Positions 50,853-62,000 of a stretch of 64,000 nucleotides of DNA are shown here, in pieces. Made by a program: the position numbers and the translations under genes. The notes under the pieces were generated by a model, which was given only the letters and a program-made list of their open reading frames with translations, was not told where the DNA came from and searched no databases. This DNA is from Phoronis australis. Lineage: Eukaryota; Animalia; Phoronida. Each line of letters opens with the position of its first letter. The stretch's first letter is position 1. The stretch covers positions 62,001-126,000 of the forward strand of contig NMRA01000041.1 in NCBI GenBank assembly GCA_002633005.1. Direction: 5' to 3'.

Positions 50853-53800
50853 GTGGAGCGTTTTGGAAGCCAATTTTCAATAAATAAAAAGATGGTAGCT
50901 ACAGGGCTTGGAATGACCAATGACAAAAAAGAGTAAAATTTTCCAGGTGATGTATCATTCCACAAATAGACGTGAGTGATAGAAACATTTTTGTGTTGTA
51001 CAATTTAATAGTGAAATGAATATTGTTGCATGACTTAAGTGAAAATAATGATAAAAAGAGACAAAAAGAGAAACCGGAATTCAAATAAGAGGAAATTAAA
51101 ACCAAAAATGAGGAAATCCTTTTAAAAGAAGAAAATTCCAAGCCCTGCAGTTAAAAAGCCTGTGCCCCCCACATTAAAGACAAGAGTGTGCGCGTCCTTA
51201 GGGATTAACCACGCCGTAGGATCACATATACTAAAATAAGAGCTGAAGACATGCACGAACACAGCCCCGCATGCATCAAACTACAGGTCACAAAATGCAT
51301 GCAAAACAAACAGCAAAAAAATTGTTCAAACTGCATTTCACCCCGACATAGGATTCCATTTCCGATACCAACTCTATCCCAACAAATTCTGAAGTATTTT
51401 CTTGACTGGCTGATAGTTTCCATGTTCTTGTTGGTAACAGAAATGGAATCAGTGTATGGAACGTTACCACACTGTGTTTATGCGAGTAAAACGCCTAATT
51501 CAACTCTCGTTTTTTAGCCAACTAAACAGGGTGAATGCAGCTTAAAAAAACAAAAGAGGTAAGAACATATCAATTTAATTGCTTCAAAAATAACTACATA
51601 TAGCTGGTCCCAGAAAGTGCCTCTGTAAGGCCTCAGCTACTACGTAAGCACAGTTTATTGCAATACCAAAGTAGGCATGAATAAGGAATGAATACATGTC
51701 AACTCACCAGAACCAATCTTAATGAGGCCGTTGTGCTGAATGAATATTGTGTCACATGTGAGGTTGCCGTGAATGATGGGCGGATCACAGGAATGCAGAT
51801 AACTGAAACACAGACAAGAACTCTCATTGGACAAGTGCATTTGCGTGACATACAGCACAGTTCAAGATAGGACAAACATCATTTCCAGGGCTTCACCTAC
51901 CGGGTGTTCAGGACATCCAAAAGGACACAATCGCATTGAATTTATGCACTTTAGCTAGGGCGCTCTGTTCTGGATTTGAATGCCTAAGCAAATATTAAAG
52001 CATCCATTTGGGATGATAATAGTAACAACTTATCCAAGTAAAGACCAAATCGTAAGCATGGTCACGCACCTGGAACCCAAGGAAAGGTGACAACTTATGC
52101 GAACTGACAATCTATGCAATCACAACTTCAGCAACTTCTCACGCAGAATTTTACGAGGAAAGCCTACGTCACATTTTGGATTTTGTTTTTTACCAAGAAA
52201 ACTCCAAAATTTCATGGCAAAGACGTGCTTCAGCTTTAACTACCTTCCTCCAAGTCTTGTCAACAGCAGAGAAGTGAATTGGTAAAGCAGTGAGCTTTAC
52301 GCATCATATTTCTGTAGCCACTTTCACTGGGCAAACACAATGACAGACTGCATATTGAATACCGGCTGTTCTATGTGTTTGCTCAACAAAAGTGAACGTA
52401 GAAAGATGATGCTGCTCCTGGAACCAGTTGTCGCTAGTTTTACTAGTGTGGCAATATGTGGGAACACATGGCATACGAGTGACAACTTACCCCACCCTAT
52501 CAAGGTGGGACAAGAGGCATGGTAATGTGTTCTGGAGTAACTTGCCCCAGCGCAAGTCGTAGTAGTGTGGATGCCAACCTTCAGACTAGGCGGAAGTAAT
52601 TACCAGCCCTGTGCTTGTTCAGTTACACACACACAGGGGAGTCTAATCCCTTTTGCAGCGTATTTATTGCAAGATGCAATAGTGTGTAGTGTGAACACTT
52701 AGCTGAACATGAACAAGCTACTCCAGGGCAAGTTATTGTTCTAAGGCAACTTGTAGTGTGAACAGCACTGTAGGTGCATGTGTGGTCAATGTTACCCTAA
52801 TGTCAAACTGGTACGTGATAAACTCAAACACCAGCAGCAGTGCTGTGTACAAAACGACTTACCTTAGTGCTGAAAGAATCTGGGTACACCACCGCTTCCA
52901 AGACTGAAATGAGCAGGATGATCAGAATGAACAGAAAGAAATTAACCAACAAACATTCAGCAATATATCCAAGATAGAATTCAACCGTGTATGTTTTGAA
53001 CTGCCTACATACAGCATTTTTCGATATACAGCAACACTGGTGAACAATCAAATTTAACTATGACCCCACAACTGTAGAACAACAAGATATCGTTGCATAC
53101 TACTTTTGAGATCTACATATCACAGTAGCAAATCACACCACAGGTATAGTCCAACTTGGCATTTCTGGTATGCACCGTGTTTTGTAGCACTATTAACAAC
53201 AGTATTTTTTTGAAAAATGGGTAAATGTGATCAGCAGTGCTATTACCATTGTTTGGGTTGTTGCCCAAGACTGGCTATTAAACATCCACTCCTGAATTTC
53301 CAACAATATCCTGTTTGAATGCCTGTGGTGTGTTGCACACACTTGAACATCAACTCACTGATCTTTCAGTTTCTCAAATTTAATGTCCACAGTATGAAAT
53401 CTAATGAATCTAGAAAGCCTAAAGATAGTAAAATTGTCCCTTGCTTCATACCTTACCTTCAATGTCTTATTATTCTTTTTGGTCTTCTTCAGGAACTGTT
53501 TGAGTGACCCTGATGACATGTACTCGGTTATAAATATCACCTGCAAGTATAAAATACTGCCAACTTACTCAACCTGCCATGACCAAATGCTCATTACTGT
53601 TGACAAGATAACAACCTGCATGTTAGTTCAACCTGCGACTGAAATTAAACCTGCTACACACCGTGAGCTCGCACCCAATGCCAATTCAATAATGATGGGA
53701 AACTGTACGTCCCCAAAATGTTGACAAAACTATTCTAAAATATGTACTCTAAAAATTGTTTTTGTAGGGTGCTAGAAGCATTTTTCAAATTCTAGGAATC

Positions 53801-56800
53801 CCAAAGCTTCTTTCTGCATAAGTTAGGCACAACAGCAATGTTGATAAATTAAAACTGCAGAGAAGTGACGAACATTTTTCAGACACTGCTTAGCTGACTC
53901 TCTCACTTGCAACTTTCGCATGCTCCACAGAACGAGCACTTCTCACTCAACAGCTGCACTCTTTGTTCAAACTGAGGGCAAATTCAACTGTAGAAAACAA
54001 AAAACCTGTCACTTCAAACATATTTTAAGTTTATAACTGAAAATCCAAAACCAACTACAGCAGGATGAGATGCAGTTTTAATTATTCTCAATCTTGGCAC
54101 ACCAGTCACCAGCTCTGGTGAGAAATACTCGATATCAGCACTGGAGCTGTATGACTGGTTGTGTTTGGAGCTAAAACTAAAAAAAAAATGTTTTTCTCTG
54201 CAATTAAGATTTGTGGGTAACACAGTCAATAACTTGTCATATCTTGGTTTGAACAAGCAGTTCTATGGGCCTATGTCCAGTTGCATGAAACAGTTCCAAA
54301 TAGGAAATCAATCAAGTTTCCAAAATCATTCCTGAATTTGCATTGTTATTTAGTCACAGACATGATATATTTCAGTCATGTTACTTTCATTATGATCTCT
54401 TTGACTAATGGCATTTATCTAATAATACAACAATAAACAAGAGTCGTTAGTTCAATGCAAATAAATTAGGAGAGTTGAATAAAAAATCCCTACTAATTTC
54501 CATTTATACTGAGAATTCAACATAGCATACACTCTTGATTAAATGTTGTATATAACTTAGTTGATTCCCTGGTTGGGACTGTTTTATGCAACCAAGCAAT
54601 GGAAACCCAAAAGTTTTGCTTTAAAAATGACAAGAGCTAGCAGACTTGAAAGTAACGTTACTGAGCAATAGATAACATGCGGATCGAGCAATAACAATAA
54701 ATACTTCTGAGCAACAGACAACAAAAGAAATTCAACAATCTTTGTTAGGAGCTCACAATAGATTCATGCACTCACCCTGGGTTTATCGCCTTTGGTATCT
54801 GTCCAGTATTTGTGGAACTTGACAATGTTGGCGTGCTCCAACTGGATCAGGTTGTCAAACACTTGCTTGATCTTGTCCTGAAGAAAAATATTTAATTAAA
54901 CCACAGGAAGATGTTGTGCCAATAGAAAAATGTTAACTTCAAACCAGTAGATCATAGCCTCGGAAGCAGAACGTGAACTCCATCTATAAATTAATAAAAT
55001 AATGAAAAAGCTAACTCACTGTATTAAAAAATCTAAAGTTTTTAACCAAAGCACAATGTTCAGTATGAACACTGGTTTTCCATCATGCATGACTATATAC
55101 ATAGATTTCTAATGCAAGCCCAACTCACCCAAGGAACACAGACCTAGCCTCTGGTGAGTTGTGTCACCGTATTACTTATCCACCATTACTGGTGGTTGCA
55201 TTTCAAACTTACAAAAAACTACGGGTGGTAGGCTGAAGAAATAAATGAAAAATATGGGTGGTGGGTGCGAAAAATAGGTGCCTTCCCCCCTCCCATACAG
55301 ATTTTACTGGAACAACCCTAACTGCACCACTTCACCCCTTCACAGATTATCCATTCCCCATCACTCTCCCAAGCAGACTGTTTTTCAAAGGGACTATTGA
55401 ATTTCGTATTTTGATTATAGCCAAAAGTCTGAAATCTGACTACCAATAGCCAACAGTTGATTTTTGTATCTTGCATTTCTAGAAACGTTTTGTCTTCTGT
55501 CTAGTTCAGCGGATTTCAGATTTCTGTTTTTTGACTTCCAGTTGAAGACCGACGTTCTGACTTTCATCCTTAGCATGTTTGTGAGAAACAGGCTAAGCTA
55601 TCCAACCAATGACTGATTTTAGCCAAGGTCATACGACAAAAAGCAAATACACTCCCCAAGAAACAGGCCCCAGATCTTACACCTGTTGTGCCTCATAAGT
55701 CAAAGAACTGCATCCCATTCTAGCTTTTTCCACTACTACTCTCCACAACACTTTAGGCTCTTCTAACCACAACACCCAGATCCCTCTGCTGTACGTTACA
55801 GATTTTCTCAGAGAACCAAACATCCTCACAGATCACCCTCCCTTAACCACAACGCCCAGACCACTTACTTGTTGTGCCTTAAAGTTCTTTTTCTCTGAGA
55901 ATTGCACCTCATTCCAGACCACCTCCATGCCTTCCTCTGTGTCCATAGCCAAAAAGGCACAGTCGATACCTGGCACATCACGCTGGGTAACCTGTCAAGC
56001 AAAACAATTTTAAGATGGGTGGAAAATTTTAAAAACTTAGGCGCAAAACTACATGCTTGTGAGCTCTAACCCAGACAGTCTCTTGACCCCCAAACTATCT
56101 CAAAAAGCATAGGCTCACAGGTCATGATCAACTATTACATCAACGAATGATTCATACATGTGAAACAGCTGACTTTTCAGTTGAACACTAGACAAAATAA
56201 ATGGTTTATAAATAATTCACAAAACCCAGATTGCACATACCCAGACACCCAACTTATGAGAGACAAGTCTTTAAGGATTAGTCTAGCCAATGCCATGGCG
56301 ATAATTGGGAGGGACAGTTTTAATAGACAGTTTGGACGGCACAGCGAAGACAGAAAAAGACTTCTCGTTTCAGGACAACCTCGATGAAAACATTGACAAT
56401 TTTAACATTTCTTATAAGCAAATTTCATTGAAATCTATAATTTATTGTTTTAATTCGACATAAGCCGAGATCGCAAACTATTACCATCTATTTTTACCAT
56501 AAATGTGACACTGACAATTAGCAAATGCTGGCTGCCATGTTTTACAGTTTGTGTTAACCCTAGCAAATGAACTCTGATGACACGTATTCACATAATACGC
56601 AGACAAACTTCAAAACAAACATCACGTGACAACAACATGTGCTCGTCCAGAGATTTTTCTCATGTTGTGGAGTACAATCTTGCGCAGATTTGGACTTAAC
56701 ATGCTTTAATTTGTTGAATTGAAACTATACTTTTACTCAAGAATTCAAGTTGATCTATTGGCGATCGCGAGGCAGCGAGGCATCAGTCAGTCGGTGAGTT

Positions 56801-58299
56801 TTCGCATTGGGATTTTCTGAAAAATGCTCGTAATTTAATAACAAAGTTTGATAGCAATGCACTGCAATGTTGTAGAAACTCTGTCATAAGTTACAGATGA
56901 GTCACAGAGCATAAATTTGATGAATTCTAGCTGACGATTTCACCCGTTTCGGAGACCGGGTTTGACCAATTTTGGGCTATAATAAGCACCCCTCTTCCTG
57001 AACTGAATTTTTTAAGCGTCCTGGGCGCTTATTAGTGTGAAAACAGTAACTTAAAATGTTTTGTTTTCACACTGGAAGATAGCATGGGTGATTTGAATCA
57101 GAATATGAATGCCAAAAGTCGATGCTGTCAATGAAACCATGCTCCATACATTTTAAGAAGATTACTGAAGTCCTGTTACTAATATTTTTAAAGCATCACC
57201 ATTATTACTTGCATGGGCATGCCTCAGAACCATCAACGGCATGGTTCAGAGAATAATTTTGTACAAGCTTAGAGCGAGTTCTAATTAAGAAAACAATTAA
57301 TTATATGGCAGTGATTAGCACTGTTTTAAATTTTATTTCACATTTGATATTTTGACATTCACATTTACTTTTTAGGTTTGAATTAGTATTCTATTTAATG
57401 CATCAATACAGGTTTTCCTGATACTCTGGAGTTCCGAATAGTTGTAGAGACAGAATAATAGTATAGACTGGAAAACTTTTAGTAATAGTAGAGACTCTAT
57501 TAATAGTATAGACCCAACATTTTTGCCACTAGAAAAGTAGAATAATAGTATAGACTGGAAATTGTCTGAAAAATTAATAATAGTATAGAATGGAATAATG
57601 GTATAGACGGCAAATTTATGGAAATTTGAACATAGACTGGAATAGTAATAATATTGATTACAAATTTATGTAAAATCTAATAATGATATAAAAGGGAATA
57701 ATAATGCAAAACAGCAAATTCTAAGGGATGGTACAGACGGGAAATCTGGGCGTTATTCAGTGGGAGTAACTGGTTCTCAAATCAGGGACCCATCTATGAT
57801 TTATCCGACCATTATCCAGTTTACCACATTGTGGCGAATGCGGAAACATGGTGTCCGATATTCAGATTCCGCCAAAATTTACTGGTTGTGTCTTTTAAGA
57901 TCAGTCAGAGTACAACAAGAATTTAAAAGAACAACCCGTAAAAATATTCTCAGTGGCGGACTACGGGCAAAAACGACTGATACATTTAGGTTGCTCTAAC
58001 TGGTTCTAGGGTTGCTTAAAGTACAAACACTGTTAAAGACAACAAATGTTCAAGTTAAGTTCACTCTTGTTACGAGAACAACGCAAAGAGAACTGCTTCT
58101 GAGCACCTGCTCCGCTTAAAAATAAAACACCATTAATCCAGGCCAGAACCGAATTGACCAAACCCACCTCCTCACGTCGCTTTTGCCAACGTCCGCAGGG
58201 GCTCTCTTCCAGAACTTCCGACTCGTCCTCCGACTCGTCAGCGCTGTCAGGTCGCGGAGATTTACTCTCCGCGTCACCAGCACTTTTGCTACTTGACAT
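42029..58299 (-). CDS. NRBP1: Nuclear receptor-binding protein (NRBP/Madm pseudokinase), complete, 14 coding exons, 506 aa
   Basis: Exons sum to 1521 nt with consistent phases; hallmark motifs EILEESPCGRW-like, LAMDTEEG.EVVWNEV, VIFITEYMSSGSLKQFL, IIHGNLTCDTIFIQHNGLIKIGSVAPD, EVHSLKLLAAH, LLRMDDKMNRQL. Confidence 0.96.
42708..42827 (-). CDS. NRBP1: NRBP exon 13
   Basis: MTILLRMDDKMNRQLECDFTNEDSAHNLAEELVFHGFINK. Confidence 0.95.
43700..43778. mobile_element. Helitron/Helentron-associated (DINE-like) element end; related stem-loop at ~46676-46710
   Basis: GGAC/GACA-type tract, then stem-loop TATGCACCC...GGGTGCATA followed by an A run. Confidence 0.45.
43984..44173 (-). CDS. NRBP1: NRBP exon 12
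   Basis: NGIYPLTAF...SPEVAESVKSETPEPADVESRSIVKMSC...ALQ. Confidence 0.93.
44675..44725 (-). CDS. NRBP1: NRBP exon 11
   Basis: VKQLPVLELEKFLEDVK; 51 nt. Confidence 0.92.
45775..45880 (-). CDS. NRBP1: NRBP exon 10
   Basis: ALSENITENRWLRPEPELVIAEIKHPGDSEPVSMQ; phase 1-2. Confidence 0.88.
46878..47010 (-). CDS. NRBP1: NRBP exon 9
   Basis: DFIEACLRKDPNQRLKARELLFHKVLFEVHSLKLLAAHNFIQHS. Confidence 0.95.
47297..47463 (-). CDS. NRBP1: NRBP exon 8
   Basis: GTSGVPVTTAVDIYSFGMCTLEMAVLEIQGNGDSG...DPQQR. Confidence 0.95.
48150..48256. repeat. 34-bp tandem repeat, 3 copies
   Basis: TCAAATACTTGACCTACTTACCAGCCAACTCATC. Confidence 0.9.
48618..48698 (-). CDS. NRBP1: NRBP exon 7
   Basis: VAPDAIHQHVKTMNELKNMHYIAPEYG. 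Confidence 0.95.
49404..49504. repeat. 50-bp tandem duplication
   Basis: CTTAAAAGGATACTAGACCCTGTTT...CAGTCAAGGCCTTGTT x2. Confidence 0.9.
51708..51802 (-). CDS. NRBP1: NRBP exon 6
   Basis: YLHSCDPPIIHGNLTCDTIFIQHNGLIKIGS. Confidence 0.95.
52863..52903 (-). CDS. NRBP1: NRBP exon 5
   Basis: SWKRWCTQILSAL(S), 41 nt. Confidence 0.93.
53457..53540 (-). CDS. NRBP1: NRBP exon 4
   Basis: VIFITEYMSSGSLKQFLKKTKKNNKTLK. Confidence 0.95.
54776..54877 (-). CDS. NRBP1: NRBP exon 3
   Basis: DKIKQVFDNLIQLEHANIVKFHKYWTDTKGDKPR. Confidence 0.95.
55869..55991 (-). CDS. NRBP1: NRBP exon 2
   Basis: VTQRDVPGIDCAFLAMDTEEGMEVVWNEVQFSEKKNFKAQQ. Confidence 0.95.
57452..57650. repeat. Degenerate minisatellite
   Basis: Recurring AATAATAGTATAGACTGGAA motif, about 6-7 irregular copies. 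Confidence 0.65.
58168..58299 (-). CDS. NRBP1: NRBP exon 1
   Basis: MSSSKSAGDAESKSPRPDSADESEDESEVLEESPCGRWQKRREE|GT. Confidence 0.92.
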
Positions 58300-58943
58300 G
58301 CCTCAAGACTACCGTCTTGAAAAGGAGTACCGCTCAAAATTGTTCTGTCTTGCGTTCCTAAAAATTGTTGTATTCCCGAGTATCTCTTCCCGAGTCGACC
58401 ATCACAAGTGATTTGATTGGCTGAGATCTGGGTCAGACAGAGGGCAATAGAAACTGATAATTTAGGGGCAAAAATATTATTAGTTTTCTTTTTTATTTTC
58501 CTTTTTAAAAGTTTAAAAATGATATTGAAGTATATTTTCCCCTATTTCGTATAATTTTTAAAGATTTTTAAATACCCAAATATACTTCACAATGGAGGAT
58601 TTATTCTATCGAACTATTCGTTACAGTATATTTGTTTACTATTTTGTTGAGGCACATGATGTTCGAAGTATGTTTAAACATTTTCCATTAACTAACTATT
58701 GAGGCCCCCTCAATGACAAGAAGAAGTTGCCTAACTGGTGTCAGATACAACAGGCTAAGTGTCCGACTAACTATTTTGTAGATTATGCTCTTCATGGAGA
58801 TTTAGCTATGCAAAACATGACGGATATACACTATTGTTTGGTCACGTGGTTTGGACCAAGAACTTGAACCCACGTGTGCGAAATCGAAGTACGAATGGCA
58901 AGCTTCTCTCTCTAATTTATCAAACAGTTTGTTTGTTACAGTG
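58300..58943. promoter_or_regulatory. Probable bidirectional promoter between NRBP and PPM1G
   Basis: 644 bp between divergent ATGs; CCAAT box (ATTGG ~58416-58420), CACGTG E-boxes near 58843 and 58871. Confidence 0.6.
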
Positions 58944-59054
58944 ATGGGTGGCTATTTAGACACACCCAAAACGGACAAAGAGTCTGAGGAATACAATGGT
59001 GAACAGTACAGTTATGGTGCTTCCTCAATGCAAGGATGGAGAATTTCACAGGAA
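58944..59054 (+). CDS. PPM1G: PPM1G exon 1
   Basis: MGGYLDTPKTDKESEEYNGEQYSYGASSMQGWRISQE|GTGAGT. Confidence 0.93.
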
Positions 59055-62000
59055 GTGAGTGCTCGATGGATATGCCTTGGCAATGGGCATGGCATCGATA
59101 TATTTTTCCGATTTTCTACCAGCTTAGACAGTGACCATCGTCTCTAGCTGGCTCAAGAGACGATGGTCACTGTCTACTACCAGCTCTGCTAGTCAAATCA
59201 AACGAAACAGAATCCCATTTAGTAGGATATATTAACCCTTTTGAAAAGCTTACATTTTACGATTGAAATAACATTTTCAGTTCACAGCTTCGTCTAAATT
59301 GACTATTGAGACATTGAGTAGTGTGTATTTATCAAGTTTTTGGTTAGCTATACAGTGTTGTAGGTAATTGTTTACAATATGACGACAATGACTTTGACAT
59401 TTGATTTTGGTATCGTTGGATTCCTCGCACCGTCATCTTTCCAAATATATATGGATTGATCCCCTACCGCGTTTCCTCCATATTTTATCGTCGAATTTCA
59501 GTTCGCACTATTTCCCGGTGGACACCGCCATGTTAGCTCAACTCAAGATTACAGCAACACCTGCTGTTAATGAATGAAACAGCATCATTGATTCTGAATG
59601 GTGTTTGCCTGCGCGAGATTCCAGCTAAAGTTTTCCTGACACAATATTGATGAACAAGTACAAGCATTTTACCTTTTCCATTTTTTTATAATTGTGACCA
59701 TTTGACCATTTTTCAACGAAACTGTCTGAAGTGATACTCTTTTCATAAATTTGGACCTCAAAAACAACCTCCGCTGTTTTGACGGATTCTTGCTAGCAGA
59801 TGCGTATATCAGGGTCACCATAGGTTCGAATTCGAATCCTTGGTTCCGTAACTCGGGCAGGGGATAGACGGGTGTCGGTCAATTTGAACTTATGAAAAGG
59901 GACGATCTGCAAGTTGGTAGATTAGCTCAGTTTTTGACCGCCAGGTGACTCCTTCCATTCAACATGGCGGTATTACTACCGCGTACCAGGAAATGGTGCT
60001 AGAAGAAATTTCACGATAAAATACTAAGGGAACGGGGTAGGAGAAATTTCTGTGTATATTTGGAAAGATAACATTGCGAGGAATTGAACGATACCAAAAT
60101 CTTATGTCTAAGTAATTGTCGTCATATTGTAAACAATTACCGTGTTGTGAAACATGCTTCTGGTGTATCGTATGTGAGCCTCTGTTAGCCACTCGCTTAC
60201 GGGCAATTGCCTGTTAGCTAGTGGGTTTACAGTCCACAGATCGAGGGTCATGTATGATTCACCGGAAGCACGTTTCGCCGCAACAATGACCACCGTCTCT
60301 AGCTGGCAGTAGAGATTGTGAAGCTTCTATAGGCATTTCATACACCAGACGCTTTATGTCTCACATTGATAAAGCCTCAAAGTCACGTTGTTTTAAGTAC
60401 CTTTTGCAGGTACTGGTCGGATAATATAGCGGTCCCTGATTTTGAGAGCCAGGCAATCACTGAATAACGGGCCCGTTATTAAGTGGATGAAACTGGTGCA
60501 AGCAGTACCAATTTGGGCACCTAAGTGAAGAACTGCTCGAAAAAAGTTTGATTACAGGAGTATTAGTTCCAGTTGGAAGGAATTGAAAACATCGATGGCC
60601 TCCTATGGTGGGTAAAAGTGGCATAAACGCATCCCTCTTCAAAGTGGCTGCCGAGAACTAGTTTTCACTGAATTACGGCAATGTCTGTTATTCAGTGTTC
60701 AACTGGTTCCTGGTAGTCATTTTGAAGAGGGATGCGTTTTCGCCACTTTTACCCTATGGTGGACCCTCTATGCGCTAAAGGTACTTATAGCAACGTGACT
60801 ATTATGGTTTAATCAGTTAAGGCATAATTTACTGAAAAGCTTACGACGTATGAAAGGCCTATGGGATAGCCACCGTCTCTACTGCTAGTTGAGATGGTGG
60901 CACTCTCTATTCACCTGTTTGCTTTGTTGAAGTCCAAGTCACTCGTATGCGATCTTGAATTAAGCAAATTCCAAGTTCACGAACAGCGTCATCACCAAGT
61001 TGTAGTGGCCTTGACCTTAGGAGCGTAACACACAACCAAGAGCAGCAATTTCTTATTTATTCCTTTGTTAAGGAACTTTAAAAGTGTCTTGCAAATTATC
61101 TGTGAAATGATCCAAAATTGACACGATTTTTAACTCATTGATAGTGTCTTATTTAATATTAAATTATAGTCAGATGCAATGTCAAAAATTTGATCTCAAC
61201 GTGATTGTCTATATGTAGTTGCATAACAGTCATTAGACTAAGTATTGTGCAGTGAGCATTAAAAACAACTTTTTATTCCAGGATGCCCATAACTGCTGCC
61301 CTGATTTTGACCCCAAGACCAACACATCATTGTTCGCTGTTTATGATGGACACGGTGGTAAGATTATGGGTCAAAGGTTACTCTAACAAGCCAGAAAAAA
61401 AAAGTTTCCAAAGGTTCATTCATCTGCAGGTTGCCAATGCAACCTCAGATTTTGTTTGCCAACCTGGTAAAAATGCCCTGTTGTGCAACATTGCAACATG
61501 TACATGTATCCGAGTACACAATCATAAATTGGAACCATTCGTCAAAAATTGGAAGGGTTTGGTTGTGACCATCTGTCTTGTTTGGGAAGCTTGTGCATAG
61601 TACCCCAAGAGAGGGAAATGGGGGGAATCGGTCACCACTGATCATCCGAAGCACATTTCGCTTAAGTGAAAAGATGTTGAGTATGCCGGTGGACATTTCC
61701 TGAGTTCGTCAGCTTTTCATTTCAGGGTCGGTTTCATGAAAGTGAATCGTGTCTTAATTTGGTCTTGCGCTCCAGTTTTCATTTCCATAAAAATAATTAA
61801 AATTCACTTAGAAAAGAATAAAGTTTATGAGATTTGTACCCATAATTGTTACTGAGAAAAGTTGTCCAAATTATTTTCAGGCAATTGTGTGCTAATAATT
61901 GCATGACTAAACTTTTCATGAAACAAACTCCAGGTATTTCATTTCCAGCTTTTGCCTATGAGGTTTGGTGACCTCAGTTGTCAACCGTAGAATTTTGCGA

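Noticed and set aside
50620-50965. Poly-Val / poly-Cys ORFs
   Set aside because: Translation of an intronic (CAA)n microsatellite.
42029-58299. Missing HRD and DFG motifs as a sign of pseudogenisation
   Set aside because: NRBP family proteins are established pseudokinases (HGN, IGS); the frame is intact over 14 exons.
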